DNA from: Candidatus Anstonellales archaeon
GTDB lineage: Archaea > Micrarchaeota > Micrarchaeia > Anstonellales > J096
Assembly: GCA_038890745.1 (NCBI GenBank)
Contig: JAWAFD010000001.1
Location: 1-64,000, forward strand
DNA: 64,000 bases
Direction of reading: 5' to 3'
The notes under the pieces were generated by a model. The model had not been told where the DNA came from and did not search any database. It worked only from the letters and a program-made list of their open reading frames with translations. The position numbers and the translations under genes were made by a program. Positions 50,974-61,711 of this stretch are shown one piece after another (positions within the stretch are counted from its first letter, which is position 1; every line of letters begins with the position of its first letter).

Positions 50974-51013
50974 TGTACACTTTTAGTATACAAATGTATA
51001 TAAATAGTATACA
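50974..51013. promoter_or_regulatory. Tandem palindromic operator-like sites over the MNT-HEPN promoter
   Basis: TGTACACTTTTAGTATACA and TGTATATAAATAGTATACA; the second contains the minus-strand TATA box TTTATATA. Confidence 0.6.
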
Positions 51014-51016
51014 TAG

Positions 51017-51279
51017 GGTGGTGGGCATCCCGGTTCACCCCTCCACCATGAAGCTAAGTCCAAACCTCTGCTCGCCCCTGCAACCCCCAAAGCATGCCTT
51101 CAGAGGCTTAGGGCTGCTCCTTCCGGCCTGACCCGCTTCGCCAGGGAAGACATCGATGGGGACAGGGGGTCTCAGCTTTGGAATGGGTTCACTCCATAAT
51201 GGATGGGTTATCCGGGCATTCGGCCCGCCATGAAGAGGATTTGCGGAACGGGGACCCCTAACCCCCTACCTAGCCCACC
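51017..51279 (-). ncRNA. ffs: Archaeal SRP (7S) RNA
   Basis: 5' GGTGGGCTAGG pairs with 3' GCCCACC; helix 8 TCAGGCCGGAAGGAGCAGC; helix 6 GCGAAG. Confidence 0.9.
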
Positions 51280-51311
51280 AATATTTTTTAGGAAAAACGA
51301 GTTAATAAATG

Positions 51312-51917
51312 TTATTGCTCAAAAAGTTTTACAATATCCTCTTTTTCTAAATCCTGTATTCTTCTAAGCATTTCTATCTTTCTGTCTATTTTTGATGCAA
51401 GCGCATGGACTGCTTTTCCGAAATAAAAACCACCCAATCCTAACCCCAACGCACCAATCCAGAGAGAGTAGGAATAGAGGTTTTTTATTAGTGGTTCTGC
51501 GTTTGCGAATGATGCGTCAAAACCCAAAAAAGCCGGGATAATTCCTGCAATTCCAACAGGAATGGAAAGCAGGGTCTTTGCTGTTTTGTTCATTTTTGAG
51601 GTTAGGATAGCTGTAAAAATTAACGCGCAACCCCCAAAACCAAACGCGGAGCCAAAACCATAAACATAGGCAAGAGGATTGCCGGTTCTTATTGAGGCTG
51701 CAACCGCATCAAAAGCAATAAACCCTGGAATGAGTGAAGAAGCTCCAAAAATACCTGCAAAAGGATACCCAACTGTGTTTAGTGTAATTTTTGCAAATTT
51801 AAGGGCAGCTATTTTTCTCCTTGCCTCTTCTAAAGCAACATCGGGTAATTGCTCTCTATCTATCTTGTCTTTTGAGTAGAGCTTGTATGTTTTATTTAAT
51901 ATTTTCCTAATGTTCAT
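51312..51917 (-). CDS. Membrane hypothetical protein
   Basis: Four Gly/Ala-rich hydrophobic segments. Confidence 0.6.
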   Translation of the reverse strand: MNIRKILNKTYKLYSKDKIDREQLPDVALEEARRKIAALKFAKITLNTVGYPFAGIFGASSLIPGFIAFDAVAASIRTGNPLAYVYGFGSAFGFGGCALIFTAILTSKMNKTAKTLLSIPVGIAGIIPAFLGFDASFANAEPLIKNLYSYSLWIGALGLGLGGFYFGKAVHALASKIDRKIEMLRRIQDLEKEDIVKLFEQ

Positions 51918-51942
51918 AGTTTTAATTTGTGTCTAATAGAGT

Positions 51943-52644
51943 TTAAAAATGTTTTGGTTCGGTGTATGGTAGAAACCTTTCCTTAAACTCCCTGCCCTGG
52001 AGGAGGAAAGTTCCGGGTTGGTCTGCTATGGTGTAGAGCACACTGGCATAGTTATTTATGGTGGAGATAAAATCGTGCATCGTACCTATTGCATAACTTA
52101 GCACATTCGAAAGGAAAATTGTTGTATAATTTCCCGACTTTATTTCAGAAATATCTGAAACTATAAACGTTATCTCTGCTTCTGATGGAAGTTCAAACTC
52201 TCTAAGATAAAAATCCGGTATCCTACCCGGGGGAAAGATTGCATCTCTTATTATAAAATAGGGATGAATACCATATGGGCTTAAAATTTTGAATTGGTCA
52301 GGAAAGTTTTTGTAAAGCTCGCTGAGGATCCTACCATCCTTGCCGCGACTTATAAGGAATTCTGAGAATTCTTTATGTTTTTTTAAGCTGACTGCACATA
52401 GCCGCAAAAAAGCAAGAAAAATCGCATCAAAAGAAATATCCACAACATCTACTCTCCTAGCCCCTTTCTCAAGAAGCATGAGCATCGGAATTCCTCCTCC
52501 ACTTGCAATAGTAAGGACATTTTTTAGGTTTAAGTTGGATGGAAAAATCGGGTTTTCTTCAAACGGAAAGGCATAGGCTGGATGGGAGAACGAATATTTT
52601 TCGTTTTTACATTCCTTTATTGTGCTGAATTTAACAGTTAGCAT
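51943..52644 (-). CDS. SAM-dependent methyltransferase-like (DUF3419/BtaA-like) protein
   Basis: VLTIASGG, VDVVDIS, IFLSNV. Confidence 0.55.
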   Translation of the reverse strand: MLTVKFSTIKECKNEKYSFSHPAYAFPFEENPIFPSNLNLKNVLTIASGGGIPMLMLLEKGARRVDVVDISFDAIFLAFLRLCAVSLKKHKEFSEFLISRGKDGRILSELYKNFPDQFKILSPYGIHPYFIIRDAIFPPGRIPDFYLREFELPSEAEITFIVSDISEIKSGNYTTIFLSNVLSYAIGTMHDFISTINNYASVLYTIADQPGTFLLQGREFKERFLPYTEPKHF

Positions 52645-52669
52645 GTTGTATTATATGTTATTAAATGTT

Positions 52670-53017
52670 TTAAATCCTTTCTATCTTCTTCTCTATCCTT
52701 TCAAGCCTTTTTTCCAAGTTTTCAAGCATCCTGAAATTCCTCTGCCATGCAGGGCTCCTGCTTATGGCTGCCCTTTCCTGCGCTTGCGGGAATTTTATGT
52801 ACCTCTCAAGAACCAAACCAGTAAGCCATATGCATGCCAATGCAAGGGGAACGAAAATGAGAAGAAGCTCGGCAGTATATTGAATGCCAAAAAAGCTTTT
52901 CAGCTTATCAGAAGCTGTAATAACAAGAAGGATGAAGTTTACTAAAGTAAGAACCTGAATGCCTATCAGAAACCTCCACCATTGCTCAGCAAAAAAATCC
53001 CTTATTTCCCTTATCAT
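52670..53017 (-). CDS. Small membrane protein
   Basis: Two TM helices and a C-terminal coiled coil. Confidence 0.65.
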   Translation of the reverse strand: MIREIRDFFAEQWWRFLIGIQVLTLVNFILLVITASDKLKSFFGIQYTAELLLIFVPLALACIWLTGLVLERYIKFPQAQERAAISRSPAWQRNFRMLENLEKRLERIEKKIERI

Positions 53018-53021
53018 TCTC

Positions 53022-53954
53022 TCACCTTCCTTTATACCATTCGACCGTTCTCCTCAAACCTTCCTCTAAACCTGTTTTCGGCTCCCACCCTAAAAGCTGT
53101 TTTGCAAGGGAGATGTCTGCCAAACTGTGTTTTACATCACCCGGCCTCTCCTTCTCAAAAACCGGTGCCAAGTTTTTGCCCAGTATTTTATTCAGAAGAG
53201 CGGCAAGCTCAAGAATGGAAGTTTGTTTCCCTCCAGCAATGTTTAGCGCTTTTCCGAATGCATCATTGTTTTTTGTTTCCATCGCCCTTATGTTTGCATC
53301 CACAACATCATCAACATACGTAAAATCCCGAGTTTGTTTTCCATCCCCATAGATTATCGGGGGTTTGTTTTTAAGCATCCGGGAAATAAACGCTGGAATA
53401 ACGGCAGCATACTCGCTTTTCGGGTCCTGTTTTTTTCCATATACATTGAAATAGCGGAGGGAGATTGTTTCAAGCCCATAGAATTCATAGAATTGTTTTG
53501 CATGCTGTTCATTTATTACTTTCGCGGAAGCGTATGGGCTTTTTGGCTCTGGGCACATGCTCTCAACTTTTGGAAGCGTTGGCTTGTCTCCATAAACTGA
53601 GGAAGAGGAGGCGAGGATTACTCGTTTAACATTGTTTTTTCTTGCGCATTCAAGGACATTCAGGGTTCCGATTATGTTTACTTTGCTTGTTCCTATTGGG
53701 TCCTTTATGCTTTTTGGAACAGAGGGGATGGCTGCTTGGTGAAGAACAAAATCAACATTTTTCATGGCTTTATTAAGAGCATTTTCATTCAGTATGCTCT
53801 CCTTTATGAACTTTATTCGGTTTTTAAATTCTGAAATGTTTTCTATTTTTCCTGTGGATAAATCATCAAAAACAATTACTTCATGTTGTTCGCTTATCTT
53901 CTCTGCGATGTTTGAGCCAATAAACCCGGCACCACCGCTTATAAGAATTCGCAT
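53022..53954 (-). CDS. NAD-dependent nucleotide-sugar epimerase (WbpP/GalE-like)
   Basis: SGGAGFIGS, ASSSSVYG, YASAK, LRYFNVYG, GDGKQTRDF. Confidence 0.92.
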   Translation of the reverse strand: MRILISGGAGFIGSNIAEKISEQHEVIVFDDLSTGKIENISEFKNRIKFIKESILNENALNKAMKNVDFVLHQAAIPSVPKSIKDPIGTSKVNIIGTLNVLECARKNNVKRVILASSSSVYGDKPTLPKVESMCPEPKSPYASAKVINEQHAKQFYEFYGLETISLRYFNVYGKKQDPKSEYAAVIPAFISRMLKNKPPIIYGDGKQTRDFTYVDDVVDANIRAMETKNNDAFGKALNIAGGKQTSILELAALLNKILGKNLAPVFEKERPGDVKHSLADISLAKQLLGWEPKTGLEEGLRRTVEWYKGR

Positions 53955-53982
53955 GTAAAGGTTTGAGATAAAGGATTTAAAA

Positions 53983-55239
53983 CTATTGTGATGGATTGGA
54001 AATTCTAACAAGCCATTTCCATGCAGGAATAACGTGGATTATATTACCTTGGATATTCATTTCCTTCTCCTGGTCGAAAGTTATGATACTCCCTTCCTTC
54101 AGATTGTAGGCATTCATTGCTTCTAACAAGCCTTCAATCTCCCGCCTTTCGTTTTCTTCTGAAAACTCGTATGCTACTTGAACGGCCTGCTTCCCATCCA
54201 CAATAAAATCGCATTCTCTTTTTCCATAGTGGTAACAAACTTTTTTTCCTTTTTTTATCAATTCCATAAAAATGAGGTTTTCAAGCATCAACCCCCTGTC
54301 TTCCTTGATCTCAAAAAGTTTAAGATATCCGTTGTCCACAAAAAATCTTTTTTTTCTTTCCTGCCGCAAAACAGACTTTGAGAATGGGTATGATGGTATG
54401 AGAAGGAATGCTTCTTCAAGGTACTCAAGATATTTTTCCACTGTGTTTGGGCCTACATCTATCCCCGCTTCTTTTGCTCCACGGTATACTGAACGAGGAG
54501 TGAATGTATTGCCAACATTCTCTCGCGCTTTTTTTATTATAAACCTAAGAATGCTTTCATTTTCAAGTTTTCTCCGGCCGATCAAATCTTTAAAAAAAAC
54601 AAGGTCAAAGTATGTTGCAAGCACGCTATATTTTGCTTCAGGTTGGGTTAGTTTAGCCACTTCCGGAAATCCGCCAAACAATAAATATTCTTCGAGAAAT
54701 CTCTTTAATAAAAACCGGTCTTTTGAAAACTCTGTATCCTGCTTTATACTAAACCCCTTAAACCTCAAAAATTCATTAAAGTCTAGGGGGAACACCGGCA
54801 CCTCTATAAATCTCGCTCCAAGCCTCTCTGATATTTCACGGCTCAACAATTTAGAGTTTGACCCGGTTATGATTGTTTTATATCCGGTATCGGCAAGTCT
54901 ACGAGCAAATGATTCCCAACCATTGATTATATGCACCTCATCCAAAAATATGACTGGAGTTTCTTGTTTGAGCTCATAGTAAGCGTCTAGAATAAGGTCA
55001 AAATGCTCTTTCCTAAAACCATCTAGACGGTCATCCTCAAAATTTATATATACGATATTTTTATCAGAAAGCTGCTCTCTTATTTCGTACACCAAAAAGC
55101 TTTTTCCTGCACGCCGTGGACCAGTTAGAACTAGACAGTGGTTTCCGGTTATTAACTCTGATGGAATTTTATGCCTTTGGATAAATGCTGGTTTTGATTC
55201 CCAGAACTCAACAATCAAACGTTTAATTATTTCCTTCAT
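53983..55239 (-). CDS. AAA+ ATPase with DUF4143-like C-terminal domain
   Basis: GPRRAGKS, YINFED, LDEV, ITGSNSKLL, GGFPE, FVDNG, ENL...EL, ECDF. Confidence 0.88.
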   Translation of the reverse strand: MKEIIKRLIVEFWESKPAFIQRHKIPSELITGNHCLVLTGPRRAGKSFLVYEIREQLSDKNIVYINFEDDRLDGFRKEHFDLILDAYYELKQETPVIFLDEVHIINGWESFARRLADTGYKTIITGSNSKLLSREISERLGARFIEVPVFPLDFNEFLRFKGFSIKQDTEFSKDRFLLKRFLEEYLLFGGFPEVAKLTQPEAKYSVLATYFDLVFFKDLIGRRKLENESILRFIIKKARENVGNTFTPRSVYRGAKEAGIDVGPNTVEKYLEYLEEAFLLIPSYPFSKSVLRQERKKRFFVDNGYLKLFEIKEDRGLMLENLIFMELIKKGKKVCYHYGKRECDFIVDGKQAVQVAYEFSEENERREIEGLLEAMNAYNLKEGSIITFDQEKEMNIQGNIIHVIPAWKWLVRISNPSQ

Positions 55240-55288
55240 GTATTATTAATAATACAAAAATATTTAAAAATGTATCATTTATAATACA
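55239..55288. promoter_or_regulatory. Paired palindromes flanking the TATA box of the DUF4143 ATPase
   Basis: TGTATTATTAATAATACA and TGTATCATTTATAATACA either side of TTTAAA. Confidence 0.6.
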
Positions 55289-55291
55289 AAA

Positions 55292-56398
55292 TCAAAGATT
55301 AGCCACCTGATGATAAACATTTTCAGTGAGCTTTGCAACATTTTCCCACGAATACTCCTCTTTAATTATGTACTTTGCCTTTTCTATTATTTTTTTGAAT
55401 GTTTTTTGGGATTTTAAAAACCTAAGGAGTTTTACGACAAGATCATCTTCGTTTTTGAAAATAAATCTTTCTTTTTTCTCTCCATAAGCCTGCTCGAATA
55501 AGTACGGGGCCTCGCCTACTGGGGTGGAGAACATCGGCCTACCGGAAGCAATCGCCTCAAGCCAAACCAAACTAAACCCCTCGTATCTGCTCGGAAGAAC
55601 AATCGCTTTGCTCTCGCAGTATACCTGAGGCATTTGCTCATATGGAACTTCCATAAAAGTTGATTTTATGTTCAATGAATTTGCAAGAGCTTCTAATTTG
55701 CTTTTTATCCCCTCATCCTTTCCGACCAGTTCAAGCTCTAATTCTGGAAAGTATTTTTTTATTTTTGCAAAGGCCCTTATCAAAACATCAATTCCCTTAT
55801 CCTCATCTAACCTTCCAACATAAGTTATTTTGTTTTTCTTTTCATAATCAAGCTCGCAATCAAAAATCTCCTCTATCCCATTCGGAACATAAACAATTTT
55901 TTGCGGGTCGCATTCTTTTGCAATCTTCGGTATTGTTGCTTTTGAAACAACAATTACTTTCTTTGCTATTCTAAGAAAAATTGAAGCAATAAAAAATTTG
56001 TAAAAATAATAGAATAATTTTTTTGGTCCTTTCACCTCAGGATACCCATGAAGGGTGAACACAAAGGGTTTTCTGTTTAGGAAGGCGGCGATGGAAGCGA
56101 AAAACGGCATTATGGAACCATACCCATGGCTTGCGTATATGTCTGGGTTTTCTTTTAGCATTCCAAAAAATGCAAATATGGGAAGCCGGGCGGAGGAGAA
56201 TATAGGGAAATCGATGGAGAAGAACCGCTTCACTTTCACTCCATTAAAATCCTCTTCTCCTGAGGTTCCTCTATCTCTTGTAGTTATCACCACTACATCA
56301 TTTCCGAGAGCATGGAGCTCCTTAGAAAGATGGTAGACGTGGTGCTCAATACCCCCTTGGGTTGGGGGGAATGAGTGGACGGCTTGGAGGATCTTCAT
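55292..56398 (-). CDS. GT4 glycosyltransferase
   Basis: GG.E.HV, PNG, VGRL...KG, PSRYEGF..VWLEA. Confidence 0.9.
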   Translation of the reverse strand: MKILQAVHSFPPTQGGIEHHVYHLSKELHALGNDVVVITTRDRGTSGEEDFNGVKVKRFFSIDFPIFSSARLPIFAFFGMLKENPDIYASHGYGSIMPFFASIAAFLNRKPFVFTLHGYPEVKGPKKLFYYFYKFFIASIFLRIAKKVIVVSKATIPKIAKECDPQKIVYVPNGIEEIFDCELDYEKKNKITYVGRLDEDKGIDVLIRAFAKIKKYFPELELELVGKDEGIKSKLEALANSLNIKSTFMEVPYEQMPQVYCESKAIVLPSRYEGFSLVWLEAIASGRPMFSTPVGEAPYLFEQAYGEKKERFIFKNEDDLVVKLLRFLKSQKTFKKIIEKAKYIIKEEYSWENVAKLTENVYHQVANL

Positions 56399-56450
56399 GA
56401 AAAGAGATGGAAGAGGAGGGTTTTTATTTGTTTTTGGAATAACCTATCAC

Positions 56451-57005
56451 ATGGGAGAATTAAAAGTTGGGCAGAACACAAAAATAGCTAATGATGTGGT
56501 GTTTGAAAGGATGGAACTTGGAGATGTGGTGATTGGAAGTGGGTGTACCATACGCTCTAACAACGTAATATATGGAGGTACAAAAATAGGGGATGGCACA
56601 AAAACAGGGCATTTTGTTCTAATAAGGGAAAAAACAGTAATCGGAAAAAACTGCTTAATTGGTTCTGGAACGATACTTGATGGTGATGTAAAAATTGGGG
56701 ACAATGTAAGAATACAAAGCATGGTATACATTCCACCTAAGTGTATAATTGAAGACGACGTATTTATAGGGCCAAGGGCTGTGCTTACAAATGATAAATA
56801 CCCGCCGCAGCCTAATTTGCAGGGGGTTACCATAAAAAAGGGCGCCTCGATTGGTGCAAATTCAACCCTACTCCCGGGTGTTGTTGTCGGTGAAAACGCT
56901 TTGGTAGGAGCTGGAGCTGTCGTGACAAAAAATGTTCCACCAAATAGTGTTGTGGTAGGAAATCCTGCAAGGGTTATAAAAAAACGTTCGGAGCTGAGAA
57001 AATGA
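56451..57005 (+). CDS. Hexapeptide N-acetyltransferase (WbpD-like)
   Basis: Hexapeptide repeats, TNDKYP, GANST, VGNPAR. Confidence 0.85.
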   Translation: MGELKVGQNTKIANDVVFERMELGDVVIGSGCTIRSNNVIYGGTKIGDGTKTGHFVLIREKTVIGKNCLIGSGTILDGDVKIGDNVRIQSMVYIPPKCIIEDDVFIGPRAVLTNDKYPPQPNLQGVTIKKGASIGANSTLLPGVVVGENALVGAGAVVTKNVPPNSVVVGNPARVIKKRSELRK

Positions 57006-58105
57006 TTCCGATAGCAAAACCAATAATTGAAAATGATGAGGTAGATGCCGTCGCACGAATTATGAAAAGTGGAATTCTGGCGCAGGGGGAAGAAGTAAAA
57101 AAATTCGAAGAAGAGTTTGCAAGGTATATCGGAGTTAGACACGCAGTTGCAGTTTGCAACGGAACCGCTGCGTTGGATATAATATTAAAATCTATTGGGG
57201 TAAAGGGTGGGCATGAGGTGATTGTACCTGATTTTACGTTCATAGCAAGTGCAAATGCAGTTCTTTACCAGGGCGCGAAGGTTGTTTTTTGTGATGTTAA
57301 GGAGGATACTTTTAACATTGATGTTGATGATGTTAAGAAAAAAATATCCAAAAAAACAAAAGCAATCATGGCTGTGCATCTTTTTGGTCAGCCGGCAGAC
57401 CTGGCTGAACTAAGAGAAATATGCGAACAGCAAGACATTATATTGATTGAGGATGCTTGCCAAGCACATGGAGCTGAGTATGATGGTAAAAAAGTAGGGG
57501 GCTTTGGAATAGGCGCATTTTCTTTTTACCCTACAAAAAACATGACAACTGGGGAGGGGGGGATGATAACAACAAACGATGATGAAATCGCTGAATTTGC
57601 ACGCATGTATAGAGACCAGGGACAGAAAAACAAATATGAACATTCTATACTTGGGCACAATATGAGGATGACGAATATTGCAGCTGCTTTTGGAAGAGTG
57701 CAGTTAAAAAAATTGGATAGGTGGAATGAAAAGAGAATAAAAAATGCTGAAAAATTAACGAGAGGATTGGCAGAGGTCGCAGGAATCACTCCACCATATA
57801 CCAAAAAAAATGTAAAGCATGTTTTTCATCAGTATGTGATAAAAGTTGAGAGAGAATTTCCTAGAGATAGAGATGGTTTAAAGGAGTTTCTCGCAGAAAA
57901 TGGAGTTGGTACGGGGATACACTATCCGAAACCAATTCACATGCAACCACTGTATCAAAAATTAGGGTATAATAAAAATTTGTGTCAGGTTAGCACGCTA
58001 CTGTCAAACAAGGTTCTAAGTCTGCCAGTGCATCCGGAAGTATCAGAAGATGATATAAGTTTTATTATTGAATTAATCCACAAAGCAAGCGAAAGGAGTG
58101 GGTAG
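57002..58105 (+). CDS. DegT/DnrJ sugar aminotransferase (WbpE-like)
   Basis: [29 protein letters not shown]. Confidence 0.92.
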   Translation: MIPIAKPIIENDEVDAVARIMKSGILAQGEEVKKFEEEFARYIGVRHAVAVCNGTAALDIILKSIGVKGGHEVIVPDFTFIASANAVLYQGAKVVFCDVKEDTFNIDVDDVKKKISKKTKAIMAVHLFGQPADLAELREICEQQDIILIEDACQAHGAEYDGKKVGGFGIGAFSFYPTKNMTTGEGGMITTNDDEIAEFARMYRDQGQKNKYEHSILGHNMRMTNIAAAFGRVQLKKLDRWNEKRIKNAEKLTRGLAEVAGITPPYTKKNVKHVFHQYVIKVEREFPRDRDGLKEFLAENGVGTGIHYPKPIHMQPLYQKLGYNKNLCQVSTLLSNKVLSLPVHPEVSEDDISFIIELIHKASERSG

Positions 58106-58106
58106 T

Positions 58107-59039
58107 ATGGATGTTGGAGTAGTTGGAGTAGGAATGATGGGAAAAAATCATCTTAGAATATATTCAGAGATGAGAGGAATTGATGACATTTATGTATATG
58201 ATACTAATGTAAAAGCTATGAAAGAAAACGCGAAAATCTATTCGGCCGAAGAGTCTAGAAGTCTAGAAGAGTTGCTAAAAGAAGTTGATCTGGTGAGCAT
58301 ATGCGTTCCAACGGGATATCACTTTGAAACCGCAAAAAAAGCTATCGAGCATGGAGTAAATTTTCTTGTTGAAAAACCAATAACCAAAACGATTGAGGAA
58401 GCAAGGAGGATAGTCTCGCTAGCGGAAAAACAAAACCTTATCTCTGGGGTGGGGCATATTGAGAGGTTCAATCCTGTAATTAGCGAGATTAAAAAAATTG
58501 TAGACGCACCACTGTATGTTGAAATCAAAAGGCATAACCCAAGCTCAGCAAGGATAAGGGACAGCGATGTTATAATTGACCTTATGATACATGATATAGA
58601 TATAGTGTGGAATAAATTGTTTGAAAACGCAGATATTTCGGCGGCAGAGGGGATAAAGGATGGGGAGATAGAAATGGCCCAAGTCATTGCAAGAGACAAA
58701 AGAACTCTTATTAACATTTCAGCAAGCAGACTATCCTCTAGTAAGATAAGAACGATTCTGATAGAAGAAAAAGAAAAAACGATTTTTGGGGACCTTGTGC
58801 TTCAGGAAGTTTATGTATACAAAAAACCAAACGTATACAGTGCTATGAATATTCAATACAAACAGGAAAATGTCACTGAAAAACTAGTTATAAATAAAGT
58901 TGAGCCTTTAAGAACCGAACTGAACACTTTTGTTAATTGTGTGAGAAACAACAAAAAATTTGAAGTGCCGCTTGAAGAAGGACTAAATGCCCTCAAAGTT
59001 GCTTACGAAATAAAAGGAATGATTTCAAATGAAAGATAG
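58107..59039 (+). CDS. Gfo/Idh/MocA oxidoreductase (WbpB-like)
   Basis: GVGMMG..H, EKP, GHIERFNP, DLMIHDID. Confidence 0.9.
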   Translation: MDVGVVGVGMMGKNHLRIYSEMRGIDDIYVYDTNVKAMKENAKIYSAEESRSLEELLKEVDLVSICVPTGYHFETAKKAIEHGVNFLVEKPITKTIEEARRIVSLAEKQNLISGVGHIERFNPVISEIKKIVDAPLYVEIKRHNPSSARIRDSDVIIDLMIHDIDIVWNKLFENADISAAEGIKDGEIEMAQVIARDKRTLINISASRLSSSKIRTILIEEKEKTIFGDLVLQEVYVYKKPNVYSAMNIQYKQENVTEKLVINKVEPLRTELNTFVNCVRNNKKFEVPLEEGLNALKVAYEIKGMISNER

Positions 59040-60216
59040 TGTCATTTCCGTCATCGGGCTTGGAAAAGCAGGCCTACCTCTTGCTTGTGTGATTGCAGAT
59101 GCCGGACTCGAGGTTATAGGCATAGATGTGGATTCTAAAAAAGTCGATATGATAAATCATGGCATAAATCCATTGAAAGAAGAACCGGATCTTGAGGAGC
59201 TTATAAAAAAGCATGGTGGAAATAAGTTAAAGGCAACTACGAGTTATAAAGAAGGGATAGAAAAGGCAACCTTTCATATTTTGATAGTCCCGTTGTTCCT
59301 AGATGCAAATAAAAAACCGGATTACAGTATTTTAGACTCCGCTACTGAACAGGTTGGGAAATTTTTGAAAAAAGATGATGTTGTAGTGGTTGAAACTACG
59401 CTGCCAGTAGGAACGACTGAAGGTAGGATAAAGAAAATACTGGAATCCAAATCAAAAATGAAAGCAGGGGTCGATTTTCATCTAGGCTACTCACCTGAAA
59501 GGGTAATGACTGGATATGCTGTTTCCAGGTATAAAGAATTCCCAAAAGTCATAAGCGGAATAAATGAGGACTCTGTAAAAAGAATTTTTAACGTATATTC
59601 AAAATTTGTCAGAAAAATAGTAACTGCACCAGATATAAAAACTGCAGAGATGGTGAAAATTGCCGAAGGGGTTTACAGAGACGTTAACATAGCAATAGCT
59701 AACGAACTGTATAAGGTATGTAAAGAATATGGAATAGACTTTTCTATAATGAAAGAACTCGCTAAGCACGAGTACTGCAATATTCTTGAACCGGGTGTTG
59801 GAGTGGGAGGCCACTGCATCCCTGTTTATCCTTGGTTTGTTATAAAAAACTTTGAACAAAAGAAACCTGAGAACGTTAAGCTTATGAAAACTGCAAGAGA
59901 AGTGAACGATGGAATGGTTGATTATTGGAAAGCGGAGATATTAAAAAGAATAAAAAAACATGGGAAAGAAAGCAAGAAAGCGAAGATATGTATATATGGG
60001 CTAACATACCGGCCTGGTGTAAAGGAAACCTACGGTAGCAGATCGCTTGCGCTTTACGCGTCTCTGAAAAAAGAAGGTTACAATGTGTATGGCTGGGACG
60101 ATTTGCTCAATCAAGATGAAATAAAAAAATTAAAAGTTAAAATAAAAAAACCTGAAGAATGCGATGTAGTGTTCGATGTTTTTAGCAGAAAAATAAAGAT
60201 AGGACCACAAAGCTAG
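59029..60216 (+). CDS. Nucleotide-sugar 6-dehydrogenase (WbpA-like)
   Basis: IGLGKAGLP, ETT..VGTT, SPER, RDVNIA.ANEL, GVGGHCIP. Confidence 0.9.
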   Translation: MKDSVISVIGLGKAGLPLACVIADAGLEVIGIDVDSKKVDMINHGINPLKEEPDLEELIKKHGGNKLKATTSYKEGIEKATFHILIVPLFLDANKKPDYSILDSATEQVGKFLKKDDVVVVETTLPVGTTEGRIKKILESKSKMKAGVDFHLGYSPERVMTGYAVSRYKEFPKVISGINEDSVKRIFNVYSKFVRKIVTAPDIKTAEMVKIAEGVYRDVNIAIANELYKVCKEYGIDFSIMKELAKHEYCNILEPGVGVGGHCIPVYPWFVIKNFEQKKPENVKLMKTAREVNDGMVDYWKAEILKRIKKHGKESKKAKICIYGLTYRPGVKETYGSRSLALYASLKKEGYNVYGWDDLLNQDEIKKLKVKIKKPEECDVVFDVFSRKIKIGPQS

Positions 60217-61352
60217 GGATTTGTGGTCATTAACTTATAAAGGCCTATTTCTCGCTCTATCCAAGCTCTCTTGCTAAACTCCTGGATGGCAATTTTTCTA
60301 TTTATCTTCCCTATCTTTCTCACCAATTTTTTATTTTTAATTATTCGTTCCATTGCATTTGCAAGAGCAGTTGGATCTTTTGCTGGAACGATAAAACCAT
60401 TTACGTTATTTTTTATTATTTCAGAAGACCATTCAATATCAGCTGCAACTATCGGAAGCCCGCAAGACATTCCCTCAATTATAGTAAACCCTCCAAGGAG
60501 GGGAACAACCAGCGCCAAAGAACGATTAAGATAAATGGGTAATTCACTGTGTTTTACATATCCCTTAAATTTAACCATTTTTTGCAATCTTTCATTTTTA
60601 ACCAAATACTCCAAGCTCCTTCTCTCAGTACCATCCCCACATATCATAATTTTGAATTTATGGCCTTTATTGGCAAGTATTTTCGCGGCTTTGATCAGAT
60701 ACTCCGCGCCTTTTGATTTTTCTAGTCTCCCGACAAAAATAAAAGTATTTTTTTTATTTGTTTTTTTTGGCTTGAATAGTTCCGTATCGACAAAATTTCT
60801 ATGCATAACTATCTTGCTTCCTACGCGCGGAGCAATGGAAAGAACATATTTTTTCACATGGTGGCTGATCACTGGGATTACTACTGAATTCTCATAAACT
60901 TTCCTTTCAAGAAGATCTAACAACCAACCAAGCATGCGATATTTGCTATTTTCTATTTTTTCTACTGTCTTTCTGTCCATATGAGCCGAACAGATGTAAG
61001 GAACACCGGTCAATTTCTTTATAAAATAGGCAATAACCCCACTCGTATGCGGAGCCATTGCCCTAACAACAGATATGTTATATTTTTTAGTTAGCAAATA
61101 AGCATAATACACATCTAAAAGCATGCTTAAGAGGCGAGGAAGATTTTTGTTTTTGCTGGTGTGGACGAAGATATTTTTGCCGAGATAGTATTCTCGGTTA
61201 TCTCTAGGGGAGTAGATATGAACTTCATTAAATATCTGTAATTGGGCCTTAAACATCGTTTCCAGTATATCAAGATGGCCTATGTCTATCTGTTCCTGAA
61301 GAGGATAACCAAGAACCACAAGGATGTTTTTTTTCATTTGAATCTGCTCCAT
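60213..61352 (-). CDS. GT4 glycosyltransferase
   Basis: FVGRLEKSKG, IEGMSCGLP, NG..VP..D..ALA. Confidence 0.88.
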   Translation of the reverse strand: MEQIQMKKNILVVLGYPLQEQIDIGHLDILETMFKAQLQIFNEVHIYSPRDNREYYLGKNIFVHTSKNKNLPRLLSMLLDVYYAYLLTKKYNISVVRAMAPHTSGVIAYFIKKLTGVPYICSAHMDRKTVEKIENSKYRMLGWLLDLLERKVYENSVVIPVISHHVKKYVLSIAPRVGSKIVMHRNFVDTELFKPKKTNKKNTFIFVGRLEKSKGAEYLIKAAKILANKGHKFKIMICGDGTERRSLEYLVKNERLQKMVKFKGYVKHSELPIYLNRSLALVVPLLGGFTIIEGMSCGLPIVAADIEWSSEIIKNNVNGFIVPAKDPTALANAMERIIKNKKLVRKIGKINRKIAIQEFSKRAWIEREIGLYKLMTTNP

Positions 61353-61439
61353 GCAACTATGGAGAAAGTAGATTTAAAAGTATTATTGAGCTAATGTATT
61401 AAAGTTTTGCTACTATAATACAAAAAAAGTGATTGCAGT

Positions 61440-61610
61440 ATGGAATTAAAGATATCAAAATCACCTTTGCTAGATGCCTCAAAAAGCGATGAGCTATTGC
61501 GGACGCTGCCGGGCGCAACAATTTATCAAACGGTTTCATTTGCTGAATCATTAAAAAGAAACAATTTTTTTGATACCAGGTATATCTATGTTTTAGAGCT
61601 AGATTTATGA
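61440..61610 (+). pseudogene. Truncated ORF, possibly a FemAB/GNAT-like N-terminus
   Basis: 56-aa MELKISKSP...LPGATIYQTVSFAESLK...* in a 360-bp gap; family guess rests on weak motif recall. Confidence 0.35.
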
Positions 61611-61711
61611 GTGCTTTCGCCCATCAGTTTTCTCTAGTGGGAAAATAATGAAAGCGGACATATGTTCGGTATACAGAAACTGGCATAAGTTGGGCTACGG
61701 TACATTTAAAT

